A stretch of DNA of 64,000 bases, taken from the NCBI GenBank assembly GCA_963666205.1, contig OY762654.1, positions 2,560,001 through 2,624,000 of the forward strand. The letters are read 5' to 3'. Positions 20,337-30,136 of this stretch are shown here, piece by piece. The notes below the pieces were generated by a model. That model did no database searches. It saw only the letters and a program-made list of their open reading frames with translations, and was not told the origin of the DNA. Numbering within the stretch: the stretch's first letter is position 1; each line of letters starts with the position of its first letter. The DNA comes from Synergistales bacterium. Its GTDB lineage: Bacteria > Synergistota > Synergistia > Synergistales > JAFGMB01. The position numbers and the translations under genes are program-made.

Positions 20337-22064
20337 TTGGCTGGAAATAGCAAAAGTTCCAGAAGTGGTAAAAATAGATTTCCAAGGGCCCGTCAGGGAA
20401 CGTTGAGGTTTATTCCCCTTGGTGGTCTGGGTGAAATCGGAAAGAATATGTTTGTCCTCGAATATGGGGATGATATCCTCGTAGTAGACTGCGGATTGAT
20501 GTTCCCCGATGAGCAGATGCTGGGAATAGACTTTGTGATCCCGGACATTACCTATCTGCAGGATAACAAAAGTAGAATAAAGGGCATCATTATTACCCAT
20601 GGACATGAAGATCATATCGGGGCACTTCCCTTTGTACTGCCCAAACTCGATGTGCCTGTTTATGGGACGCGTCTTACAATGGGAATGGTAAAAAAGAAAA
20701 TGGACGATTCTGCATCCGGATATTCTCCGGATATGAGGGAAGTAGTTACAGGTGAAACGGTCTCCATAGGGTTGTTCAGTGTCAAGTTCTTTGCTGTATG
20801 CCATTCTATTCCTGATGGTGTTGGTCTCAGGATCGAAACGCCGTTGGGTCTTGTTATGCACACAGGTGATATAAAACTTGATCCGACACCCATAGATGGC
20901 AGGTTGACGGATTATGCTGTCTTTGCAGAAGCTGGAGAAAAGGGTGTCCTTCTGATGCTTTCCGACTCAACGAATGTGGAGAGAAAGGGTTTCACTCCTT
21001 CGGAGAAAATTGTGGGGGCTACAGTGGACAATCTTTTCAGGCTTAACCGTACCCGGAGGATCATTATTGCTGCTTTTGCAAGTAACCTCCATAGGGTTCA
21101 GCAGGTTATCAATACAGCTGCCAGATTCAACCGTAAGATAGCCTTTCTGGGAAGAAGTATGGTTGCGAATGTGGAACTTGCAAAGGATCTGGGCTATCTG
21201 GATGTGGATGATCGAATGGTAATATCCCCTGGTGAAGCAGAAAACCTCCCTCCAAATAAAGTTGTTGTCATGACCACGGGGAGTCAGGGAGAACCCTTTT
21301 CCGGACTTGTTCTCATGAGTATGGGGCAACATAAACATATTAATCTCGGACCTAAAGATCTGGTAGCTGTTTTTGCCACTCCCATTCCTGGAAACGAGCG
21401 CCTGGTAAGCAATACGATAAATCGTCTTTTTGCCTGCGGATGTGATGTTGTTTACGAAAAGGACCGGGAGATCCATGTTTCCGGACATGCCTCGAGAGAG
21501 GAACTGAAAATGCTTCTGAACATGGTAAGACCCAAATACTTCGTTCCTGTCCACGGAGAATACCGCCACCTTGTAAGACATTCCCAGCTTGCACAGGAAG
21601 TTGGAATCCCTGCAAGAGATACTTTTGTTCTTGAAAAGGGAGATGTCCTTTCTATTACGAAAAGACAGGCCAGAGTACAGTCCAGGGTCCAGGCGGGAGG
21701 GATTCTCGTTGATGGGATAGCCCTTGGAGAACTTGAGGGAAGTGCCATGAGTGAAAGACGGGACCTTTCAGAAGAGGGTATGGTTGCAATATCAATATGT
21801 ATAAATCAGAAAGGGAGTCTCATCGCTGAACCCATGTTTGAGAGCAAGGGATTCATTCATATGGAGGAGGCTTCTGTCCTTAAATCCGAGATGACGGCCA
21901 TGGTAAAAAAAGTGACCAGAGAATTTTCAAACAAAAAAACTTATGATCTTGATACCCTGAAGAATCGCTTGAGGACAGGAGGAAGGGAAGTGATAAGAAA
22001 ATACAGTACATCTAAACCAATTATCATTCCCCTTATTACGATCATTACCTCAGGGCAGGTATAG
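20337..22064 (+). CDS. rnj: Ribonuclease J
   Basis: PLGGLGEIGKNM, THGHEDHIG, HVSGH and PVHGE motifs. Confidence 0.95.
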   Translation: MAGNSKSSRSGKNRFPRARQGTLRFIPLGGLGEIGKNMFVLEYGDDILVVDCGLMFPDEQMLGIDFVIPDITYLQDNKSRIKGIIITHGHEDHIGALPFVLPKLDVPVYGTRLTMGMVKKKMDDSASGYSPDMREVVTGETVSIGLFSVKFFAVCHSIPDGVGLRIETPLGLVMHTGDIKLDPTPIDGRLTDYAVFAEAGEKGVLLMLSDSTNVERKGFTPSEKIVGATVDNLFRLNRTRRIIIAAFASNLHRVQQVINTAARFNRKIAFLGRSMVANVELAKDLGYLDVDDRMVISPGEAENLPPNKVVVMTTGSQGEPFSGLVLMSMGQHKHINLGPKDLVAVFATPIPGNERLVSNTINRLFACGCDVVYEKDREIHVSGHASREELKMLLNMVRPKYFVPVHGEYRHLVRHSQLAQEVGIPARDTFVLEKGDVLSITKRQARVQSRVQAGGILVDGIALGELEGSAMSERRDLSEEGMVAISICINQKGSLIAEPMFESKGFIHMEEASVLKSEMTAMVKKVTREFSNKKTYDLDTLKNRLRTGGREVIRKYSTSKPIIIPLITIITSGQV

Positions 22065-22146
22065 TTATATCGGCTGGTTCCATGAATATTTCTGTGCCTC
22101 AATCGGTAATACTTTTTCTACCTTAAATTAGCTGGGAGTAAAATAT

Positions 22147-22959
22147 ATGATAAATTCATTGATCCTTGGTGTGATACAGGGGCTGACCGAATTCCTTCCT
22201 GTGAGCAGTTCTGGTCATCTGGCCCTCTCCCAGATGATCCTGGGCTGGCCTGAAGCCCCACTTGTATTTGACGTAATTCTCCATTTTGCTACTATGCTGG
22301 CAACACTGGTTTTTTTCTGGAATGATATCTGTAAATTATTTTCAGAGTGGTCCCATGGTCTCTTCAACGGAAATGCACGTAAAGAAGAAGGATGGATCTA
22401 TGGTTGGTCTATCATTGGCGGTACCCTCTTGACAGTTGCTGTTGCACTGATTCTGAAGCCTGCCGTTGAATTCTGGATGACATCATTTATGCTGGTGGGA
22501 ATATCCCTATTGTTCACTTCAACTATTCTTTGGTTTGCATCTCTTATTTCTCCTGGAACTGGAAAGATCTCCCTCAAAAAAGGATTTTACCTTGGGATTG
22601 CTCAGGGCATCGCCGTTATTCCAGGAGTATCCCGATCAGGTCTTACCATAGTGTCTGGGTTAAAACTGGGACTTGATCCAGAAGGAGCATTCAGATTCTC
22701 TTTTTTACTGTCTCTGCCGGCTATTCTTGGAGCTAATATTCTGGAGATAGCTGACCTGTCTCTTGAATCAACGGGTTCCTTTCTGAACTACATGCCCGAT
22801 GGCTGGATCCTTGGGTTTTTCTCTGCCTTTATCTCTGGTTATTTCGCATTGATAGTGTTCAGGAAAATGGTGACCCTGGGGAAATGGAAAATATTCTCTA
22901 TATACTGTGCCCTTACAGGAACAGTATCTATCATTTTTTCTTTATGGGGAGGTAGATGA
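22147..22959 (+). CDS. uppP: Undecaprenyl-diphosphate phosphatase
   Basis: QGLTEFLPVSSSGH and PGVSRSG motifs. Confidence 0.95.
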   Translation: MINSLILGVIQGLTEFLPVSSSGHLALSQMILGWPEAPLVFDVILHFATMLATLVFFWNDICKLFSEWSHGLFNGNARKEEGWIYGWSIIGGTLLTVAVALILKPAVEFWMTSFMLVGISLLFTSTILWFASLISPGTGKISLKKGFYLGIAQGIAVIPGVSRSGLTIVSGLKLGLDPEGAFRFSFLLSLPAILGANILEIADLSLESTGSFLNYMPDGWILGFFSAFISGYFALIVFRKMVTLGKWKIFSIYCALTGTVSIIFSLWGGR

Positions 22960-23210
22960 TACTGGCTATACTATCAGGAAGCAGAAAGAAATGGTGGCTC
23001 CTTGTCCTGATCGTTATTCTCGGTACTTTACTTGGAATTTACCTCAGGAGGTTCAGTATTACTGAACCATACTTCAGAAACTTCTTTTCCCCTGGTTTTA
23101 ATATAGGTGAAGTGGACCTTGCAGTTGCCGATTTTGCCATCAGGTTTTACTTCCACTGTAATCTGGGCACCATAGTTGGAGGGATCCTGGGAATATGGAT
23201 AATACTTTAA
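22956..23210 (+). CDS. Small membrane protein, DUF4321-like
   Basis: 84 aa, two hydrophobic segments, NLGTIVG, located before maf. Confidence 0.6.
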   Translation: MILAILSGSRKKWWLLVLIVILGTLLGIYLRRFSITEPYFRNFFSPGFNIGEVDLAVADFAIRFYFHCNLGTIVGGILGIWIIL

Positions 23211-23812
23211 GAAACGCTGAAAACTTTCCTGAAATAATACTTGCTTCAGGAAGTCCCAGGCGCAGAGAACTACTTCGTTCTCTAGGGTGGAAATTTAGAG
23301 TTATAGTACCTGAGATCGATGAAAGTATTGGAAAGGAATCTCCTCTGCAAGCTGTAGAAAGACTTGCTATGGAAAAGGCGCGTGCAGTTTCCGGGCTGTT
23401 CCATGAGGATCTTGTGATCGCGGCAGACACCATAGTCGTTATTGAGGGTCGGATCCTGGGAAAACCGGAGAACAGCTCTCAAGCCATTGAGATGCTCAGT
23501 ATGCTTAATAACAGGACCCATGAAGTAATAACCGGACTGGCGGTATGTTGGGGAAATTCCCGATCGGTTTCGTCGGAGATAACGAAAGTTTCTTTTCGAA
23601 AAATGAATACTGGAGATCTTTCTACCTATGTTTCAACAGGTGAGGGATTAGATAAAGCCGGAGCCTACGCCATACAGGGAAGAGGATCTCTCCTTGTAAA
23701 GAATATTTCCGGCTGTTACTTCAATGTAGTTGGTCTACCCCTCTTCAGATTGAGTAAGATAATGGAGGATATGGGCCTTAGTCTTTCCATTCAGTGGAGG
23801 GAAATACCATGA
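23195..23812 (+). CDS. maf: Maf/YhdE nucleoside triphosphate pyrophosphatase
   Basis: ILASGSPRR, ADTIV, DKAGAY and NVVGLP motifs. Confidence 0.93.
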   Translation: MDNTLRNAENFPEIILASGSPRRRELLRSLGWKFRVIVPEIDESIGKESPLQAVERLAMEKARAVSGLFHEDLVIAADTIVVIEGRILGKPENSSQAIEMLSMLNNRTHEVITGLAVCWGNSRSVSSEITKVSFRKMNTGDLSTYVSTGEGLDKAGAYAIQGRGSLLVKNISGCYFNVVGLPLFRLSKIMEDMGLSLSIQWREIP

Positions 23813-25722
23813 AGATCAGCAGACATAAAATATATGTTGTTACTCTTGTTTTTATCCTTCTGTTGTCCGGTTATGCCCTTGTTCCGCGCTGGCAGACGGA
23901 GCAGAATAACCGATCTGCTGCCATTGTTATGGATCAACAGGATCTGACCTGGATAGCGGAGCAGAGCTCTGAAACACTGGATTTTGTCAAGGATCAGTAT
24001 GTCGCGAGTGGGCTTGTTGCTCTTATGATAAGGGAGTTTACCGGTGAGAATCTGGATAAGGGAGGTCTCCCCGTTCAGTATGGCAGCCTGGCTTCCGGTA
24101 GCGAGTATAGCTCCTATTTTGCCCCTGAAAAGGTAACAAGAGCTCTCCTTGTCATTCCGTCAGAATGGTGGGCTTCAGAAATGGCAGATAATTATCTGAT
24201 GAAGAAAATGCCCGGAACTGAAAAAGTCAGATTACAGGATCGAAATTTGTATCTTTTTCCTGCCACATGCACAGATCTGGAACTTTCGGGGATTCTTCCG
24301 GACTTTGATGGATTGGAATTTGCCCGTAAGGCAGTTCTTCCGGTTATCTACCGTCCTGCCCCATCTCCAGGGATTAGCGAGAACAACATTGTCCAGGCAC
24401 TTGAGCTGGTACTCGATGAATTTCCGGGGATCAAGGGTATTGCTCCTTCCGGAGAAGTGGTATCTTCTTACCCAAGACTGAAGAAATTGGCAGAAATCAT
24501 TAAAACGAGAGGACTTGCCCTTGCCCAGGTCGAATTTTCCAGACAGATAGGAGCCGTTCAACTGAACTGGATGGTCTATCCCAATATTCTTCCATTGCAT
24601 AGCGTGACCGATGATGAGATCCTTTCAAGAAGAATCTCAAGACAGGTTCTTTTTGAAAGGATGCTCAGGGCAGCCAGGGAAAGATCAGTCAGACTTCTCG
24701 TTATGAGACCTTCCCGACTAAGCAGCGTGGACTCCCTTCTGGACGATTTTGGCGCTGAACTTTCAAGACTTTCCAATGCCCTTGTAAGTAACGGTATATC
24801 ATCTCAATGGCCTGAACATGGAATGGAAGGTAGACGATCCTTACCGGGAACTCTGGCATTCGTACTGCTATTTCTGCTGGTATTCTTTTCACAGAAAAAC
24901 CGACTTTTTTCAAGGACAGTTTCTGTCGGGTATTTTGAGCTTGGATTATTTGTAATTCTTATTCCGGTACTTGTTCTTATTCTATTGAAAATTTCTTTCG
25001 CAGGGAGACTGGCTGGAGCATTAGGGGCAGGTCTCCTGGCTTCTGAAGCATCCCTTCTGGCCCTGGATGGGTGGAAGAAACCCATATTGGGTATTCTGGG
25101 GGGATTCTTTGTTGCAATAATAGGAGGGCTTGCCATTGCTGCTTTTTTCAGTACGCCCTTTTACATGTTGAGATTGAGAAGCTTCTCAGGTGTAAAATTG
25201 ACCCTCTTGCTTCCCCTTGTTCTGGTCCTGTTCCATGACCTCAAAAAAAGAGTGCATCCTGAAAGTCTTGGTCAGATACTCAAAAGGCCTCCTCTCTGGG
25301 GTGAACTTCTCCTCATTGGGATATTACTTTTAGCTGCAGCCCTGGTTCTTTTCAGGAGCGGAAATGTACAGTTCGTATCTGGCTGGGAAATCAAATTCAG
25401 GGATATGCTTGAAAGGTTGCTTGTTGCCAGACCAAGGAATAAGGAAATCTTTGCTGGTTATCCATGCCTGTTGCTATGGTACCTTTTCAGGAGAAAAGAC
25501 TTGTGGAAAAATTACAGGGAGATCCTGAGGCTTGGATCTACCCTTGGATTTTCGTCTGTAGTTAATAGTTTCTGCCATTTTCACACCAGATTGTATTTTA
25601 TTCTTCTCAGAGAATTTAACGGTTTGTGGACGGGTATGGTCACAGGTCTGATGGCAATAGCTATCTTTTTACTGATACTGTTACCTTTATGGAAACGTTT
25701 CAGGGGAGTGATACTTGATTGA
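23809..25722 (+). CDS. DUF5693-like membrane protein
   Basis: Periplasmic domain (RAARERSVR) plus multiple TM helices with FSGVK, RPRNKE and NSFCHFHT; precedes csaB. Confidence 0.75.
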   Translation: MKISRHKIYVVTLVFILLLSGYALVPRWQTEQNNRSAAIVMDQQDLTWIAEQSSETLDFVKDQYVASGLVALMIREFTGENLDKGGLPVQYGSLASGSEYSSYFAPEKVTRALLVIPSEWWASEMADNYLMKKMPGTEKVRLQDRNLYLFPATCTDLELSGILPDFDGLEFARKAVLPVIYRPAPSPGISENNIVQALELVLDEFPGIKGIAPSGEVVSSYPRLKKLAEIIKTRGLALAQVEFSRQIGAVQLNWMVYPNILPLHSVTDDEILSRRISRQVLFERMLRAARERSVRLLVMRPSRLSSVDSLLDDFGAELSRLSNALVSNGISSQWPEHGMEGRRSLPGTLAFVLLFLLVFFSQKNRLFSRTVSVGYFELGLFVILIPVLVLILLKISFAGRLAGALGAGLLASEASLLALDGWKKPILGILGGFFVAIIGGLAIAAFFSTPFYMLRLRSFSGVKLTLLLPLVLVLFHDLKKRVHPESLGQILKRPPLWGELLLIGILLLAAALVLFRSGNVQFVSGWEIKFRDMLERLLVARPRNKEIFAGYPCLLLWYLFRRKDLWKNYREILRLGSTLGFSSVVNSFCHFHTRLYFILLREFNGLWTGMVTGLMAIAIFLLILLPLWKRFRGVILD

Positions 25723-26741
25723 CATATGAGTTTGAAGCTGTTCTGTGCGGGTATTATGGATTTGCGAATCTGGGAGATGAGCTTCTTGCACAGGAGATGC
25801 TTTCCCTGTATGAAAAAAACTGCATTTCAAGAGAGAGGATCGCGATCCTTTCTGCAGATCCTGAAAAAAGTTCTGCAGATCTGGGAATCCATTCTGTTAA
25901 TAGATGGGATGTCCTGGATGTCTGGAAGCTGCTTCGGAAGAGCAGGACTCTCCTTCTTGGAGGAGGAGGTCTTTTTCAGGACAGCACCAGTATAAGATCC
26001 TGCTTCTATTACTGGGGAGTTATCCGGATGGCTCTTCTTGCCGGCTGCAGGATCTGGATGTTCGGCCAATCTATTGGTCCCTTGAACAGCAGGCTTGCCA
26101 GATTTCTTGCCAGGGATGCTATTGGAAGATGCAAAGTCAGGGTGGTTCGTGATAGCCCTTCTATTGATATACTTTCTGAATGGGGACAGCATGCTCAAAT
26201 GGTCCCTGACCCGGTACTTGGCCTGGCCATTAATAGAACTGAAATTTCCGAGGGTAGATATCTTCTTGTGAACATAAGACCATGGGTCGATCCAGATATT
26301 CCAGAAAGGGTTCTTTCATGTGCCCTGGAAATATCCTCCAGAGAGGGGATACCTCTTCGTATCGTAGCCATGGCTCCTGAAGATGAAAAACTAGCACAGC
26401 ATTATATTTCGATGAAAGGTATTCAGAATATGAAGATCGAAAGTGCCTGGGACTTGAAGGATGTCTCCAGGATATGGAAAGGAGCAAAATTCGCTTTTGG
26501 AATGAGACTCCATTTTTGTATCCTGTCCCGTTTAAATGGTATCCCATGTCTTGCTGTCCCATATGACCCCAAAGTAGAAGGTTTTTGTTCTTCCCACGCC
26601 ATGTCAATGTGGGATATGCAGAACTATCCGGATCTGAAAACCTTGCAGGGAGAGCCTTCTCAAGGTATGCTCTTTGCTGAGAGTAGAGCAATAGAAGAGA
26701 TTTTTTCCAGATCTCTGAAGGAGGTTGGGGATCTCCAATGA
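25719..26741 (+). CDS. csaB: Polysaccharide pyruvyl transferase
   Basis: GYYGFANLGDE, GGGGLFQDSTS, GMRLH and YDPKV motifs. Confidence 0.88.
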   Translation: MTYEFEAVLCGYYGFANLGDELLAQEMLSLYEKNCISRERIAILSADPEKSSADLGIHSVNRWDVLDVWKLLRKSRTLLLGGGGLFQDSTSIRSCFYYWGVIRMALLAGCRIWMFGQSIGPLNSRLARFLARDAIGRCKVRVVRDSPSIDILSEWGQHAQMVPDPVLGLAINRTEISEGRYLLVNIRPWVDPDIPERVLSCALEISSREGIPLRIVAMAPEDEKLAQHYISMKGIQNMKIESAWDLKDVSRIWKGAKFAFGMRLHFCILSRLNGIPCLAVPYDPKVEGFCSSHAMSMWDMQNYPDLKTLQGEPSQGMLFAESRAIEEIFSRSLKEVGDLQ

Positions 26742-27601
26742 TCGACGATAAAATGAATAAACGGTTGCAGCTTATTGCTGCTACTGTCCGTAAGGATGTG
26801 GTAAGGATGATAGGTCTTGCAAGGGCCGGGTATGTTGCTTCGTCCCTGTCAATTGTGGATATCCTGACAGTCCTTTACTGGTGTGAAATGAAAATCTTTC
26901 CGGAGGAACCGCATTGTCCCTCACGAGACAGGTTTGTGCTTGGAAAGGGGCACGGTTGTCCGGCCCTTTATTCAGTTCTTGCTCACAGGGGTTTTTTTGG
27001 CAGGGAAGAGCTTTGGAATTACTGTAAACTTGGAGCTATGCTTCAGGGACACCCGGAGGGTGGAAGAACGCCAGGAGTTGATTCTTCTTCCGGTTCCTGC
27101 GGTACGGCTCCTGGAATTGCTGCAGGGATGGCTCTTTCCCTCAAGAAAGAGAAAAACCCACCCAGAGTGTATTGTCTCATTGGTGATGGAGAGCTACAGG
27201 AGGGATCAACATGGGAGTCAATCCTTCTTGCTGCTCATTTCTGCCTTGATAATCTGGTCCTTATAGTAGACAGGAACCATTTCCAGATGGATGGGACTGT
27301 TGAATCGATAATGTCCATTGAACCCCTTGATGCAAAATTCAGTTCCTTTGGATGGAAAGTATTTCATTCAGATGGACATGATGTTAGCAGTTTTTCTGAT
27401 TCCCTTGTAAAAGCGGGGGAAAACAAGAACTCGCCTTCTGTAATAATTTCCGAAACCCGACTTGGTAAGGGAGTTTCCTTTATCGAAGAAGCCATGAACA
27501 AGGGAAACAGTATAATTCTCTCAAGGGAAAAGATAGACCTTGCACTGAAAGAGATTTCCCGGGCTGCTGGAGAAGTTGATGGTATTCCCAATGCAGAATG
27601 A
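26738..27601 (+). CDS. Transketolase-like protein, N-terminal (ThDP-binding) subunit, atypical active site
   Basis: DRFVLGKGH, LQGHP and GDGE...N ThDP motif. Confidence 0.88.
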   Translation: MIDDKMNKRLQLIAATVRKDVVRMIGLARAGYVASSLSIVDILTVLYWCEMKIFPEEPHCPSRDRFVLGKGHGCPALYSVLAHRGFFGREELWNYCKLGAMLQGHPEGGRTPGVDSSSGSCGTAPGIAAGMALSLKKEKNPPRVYCLIGDGELQEGSTWESILLAAHFCLDNLVLIVDRNHFQMDGTVESIMSIEPLDAKFSSFGWKVFHSDGHDVSSFSDSLVKAGENKNSPSVIISETRLGKGVSFIEEAMNKGNSIILSREKIDLALKEISRAAGEVDGIPNAE

Positions 27602-28541
27602 AAAGAGAAGTACCGGTGAAGCTTTTGCCCCTGCTCTGATCGATATGGGGAAGACCCAAGATGACATTGTACTTATAGAGGCCGATTCAGGTTCTTCTAC
27701 AGGTGGATATGTTTTTGGTGAGTCCTTTCCAGAAAGATATTATAATGTTGGAGTTGCAGAACAGAACCTTATGCTTACTGCAGCAGGTTTTGCTCTTACT
27801 GGAAGAAGGGTTTTCGCTTCATCCTTCGGTTCTTTCCTTGTAGGGAGAGCATATGATCAGATAAGAAGCTCCATTGCCATACCGGCCCTGCCTGTAAGAC
27901 TCATATCTACTCATTGCGGGGTGACAGTAGGAGAAGACGGCTCTGCTTACCAGATGCTTGAGGATATATCTCTTATGAGAGCTCTGCCCAATGTTACTGT
28001 TCTTGTACCTTCTGATCATAATTCAGCTTTCAGGTTGATACAAGTCGTTGGTGAATATGAAAGGCCGGTTTATATTCGACTTGGATCTTTCCCCTTGCCT
28101 TCTATATACGAAGTTTCTGATACCGATTTTATTCCCGGAGGAGGTCGTCTCCTTGTAGAGGGAACAGGAGTAACCATATGTGCCTGTGGTATCATGGTTC
28201 ATGAAGCTCTTAAAGCAGCAGAGATACTTGCCCAGCAGGACCTGAGTGCCGAAGTTATCGATTGTTACAGTATAAAACCACTGGCGGCTCAGGTTATTCT
28301 GGCATCTGTAAGAAGAACAGGATGTTGTGTTGTGGCAGAGGAACACTCCTGTAGAGGAGGCCTGGGGGAAGCTGTAGCCTCACTTGTTTCCAGGAATTAT
28401 CCTGTGCCGGTGAAATTTGTTTCCGTAGAGGACCGCTTTGGTCAGAGTGGGGCCCCTGAAGAACTGCAGGAATACTATGGTCTTACAGGTACCGAGGTCG
28501 TCAGTGCGGCTGTGCAGGCCTGGACCATGCGCAGGAGGTAG
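27579..28541 (+). CDS. Transketolase-like protein, C-terminal subunit
   Basis: GVAEQN, RAYDQIR, GEDG and EEH motifs; start could also be 27591. Confidence 0.88.
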   Translation: MVFPMQNEKRSTGEAFAPALIDMGKTQDDIVLIEADSGSSTGGYVFGESFPERYYNVGVAEQNLMLTAAGFALTGRRVFASSFGSFLVGRAYDQIRSSIAIPALPVRLISTHCGVTVGEDGSAYQMLEDISLMRALPNVTVLVPSDHNSAFRLIQVVGEYERPVYIRLGSFPLPSIYEVSDTDFIPGGGRLLVEGTGVTICACGIMVHEALKAAEILAQQDLSAEVIDCYSIKPLAAQVILASVRRTGCCVVAEEHSCRGGLGEAVASLVSRNYPVPVKFVSVEDRFGQSGAPEELQEYYGLTGTEVVSAAVQAWTMRRR

Positions 28542-28549
28542 TGGTTGTA

Positions 28550-29245
28550 ATGGATATTCGTATGGCTGGCATTACAAAGACATTTAAACCTGATATCGTT
28601 GCTCTTGAAGATGTTTATCTCAATATAGACAGAGGGGAATTCGTATATCTTGTTGGAGCCACAGGGTCAGGCAAAACAACCCTTCTCAGGCTTATAACGA
28701 GAGAAATTGTCCCATCCAGAGGGCAGATAGTAGTTGCTAAAAGAAACCTGCGGAAACTGAGGTCTTCACACCTTCCCTATTACAGGAGAGATCTTGGAGT
28801 TGTCTTCCAGGATTTCAAGCTCCTTCCCCATCTTACAGTCTATGAGAATGTTGCTTTTGTACTTGAAGCCATGGGAATTCCTTCAAGGATAGTTAAAGAA
28901 AGAAGCGAACAGGTCATAGATGAAGTGGGTTTATGGAGAATGCGTAAGAATTATCCCCTGCAGCTTTCGGGGGGTGAACAGCAGAGAGTTGCTATAGCAA
29001 GGGCCATGGTCAATTCTCCTGCCATCTTTCTTGCGGATGAACCTACGGGTAATCTGGACTTCCATACCTCTGAATCTATAATGAAACTTCTCCTTTCAAT
29101 AAATGCTGCAGGTACAACTGTTATCGTTGCAACCCATGATCAGTATCTTGTCGATGCCTATCGCCAGCGAGTGGTAGAATTGCATGAAGGAAGGATCAGG
29201 AGAGATGAAGAAAAAGGACGGTATTTCGTAGATGGCGAGCTTTAA
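28550..29245 (+). CDS. ftsE: Cell division ATP-binding protein FtsE
   Basis: [24 protein letters not shown] and ADEPTGNLD motifs. Confidence 0.93.
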   Translation: MDIRMAGITKTFKPDIVALEDVYLNIDRGEFVYLVGATGSGKTTLLRLITREIVPSRGQIVVAKRNLRKLRSSHLPYYRRDLGVVFQDFKLLPHLTVYENVAFVLEAMGIPSRIVKERSEQVIDEVGLWRMRKNYPLQLSGGEQQRVAIARAMVNSPAIFLADEPTGNLDFHTSESIMKLLLSINAAGTTVIVATHDQYLVDAYRQRVVELHEGRIRRDEEKGRYFVDGEL

Positions 29246-30116
29246 CTATGCGCTAAGGGATACGTTCAGGTTAATATTTCGCCATTGGGGTTTGAGTATT
29301 CTTACCCTGGTAACGGCGGTTTCTCTTTTCTTTCTTCTTGGTTCTTCTGCCCTTTTTTCCCTTAACGTGAAAAACATTGTGGCGGATGTGGAAAATGACC
29401 TTGTGATAACTGTTTTTATGAGGGCTGGAGAGGATGTCGTTCCTCTGCTGTCAACCCTTCAGGATGCAGAATTTATTGATGACATAAAGGCTATTTCCCC
29501 GGAGGAAGGTTTATCAATTCTGAAGTCCAAATTGGGAGATCAGGCCAAGGCAGTTTCCCTACTTGGAGAGAATCCTCTTCCATGGAGTGTCCAGATTATG
29601 GTAAAGAGGGCCGATTACGCTACCCCCCTTGTCAGGGATCTTATGTCATTCCCCTCAGTGGAAGAGGTAGTTTACGCCGGTCAGCTTGCAGAAAAACTGT
29701 CAAGGGCTTCCTATATGATGAACAGGGTATCCCTTGCAGTTCTGGCTCTTGCGATAACCATAACTGCCCTGGTACTATACAATACTGTAAAAATAGCCAT
29801 TTATTCAAAGAGACGGGAAATATCAGTTATGCTTCTTGTTGGTGCCACAAAATCTTTTATCGCCTTTCCCTTCGTGCTTCAGGGGATGTTTCTCAGTACA
29901 ATTGGAGCTTTGTCCGCTGTTGCACTTCTTGCCATAGCTTACCCGGTAATTGGGAATATGATTCATAATACCCTGATGTTCATAAATGTACTTGATGATC
30001 GGGATCTCCTCTTAAGACTTTACCTTATCCTGGTGGGAACTGGAATGACTCTGGGGTGGTTGTGCAGCTGGTTTGCAGTTCATCGCTATATCGTGAGCGC
30101 AGGAAGCCCTGATTGA
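29232..30116 (+). CDS. ftsX: Cell division permease FtsX
   Basis: Four TM helices, GENPLP, NTVKIAIYSKRREI...LVGAT. Confidence 0.9.
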   Translation: MASFNYALRDTFRLIFRHWGLSILTLVTAVSLFFLLGSSALFSLNVKNIVADVENDLVITVFMRAGEDVVPLLSTLQDAEFIDDIKAISPEEGLSILKSKLGDQAKAVSLLGENPLPWSVQIMVKRADYATPLVRDLMSFPSVEEVVYAGQLAEKLSRASYMMNRVSLAVLALAITITALVLYNTVKIAIYSKRREISVMLLVGATKSFIAFPFVLQGMFLSTIGALSAVALLAIAYPVIGNMIHNTLMFINVLDDRDLLLRLYLILVGTGMTLGWLCSWFAVHRYIVSAGSPD

Positions 30117-30136
30117 TCGTAAGTGGGGGTATATAT

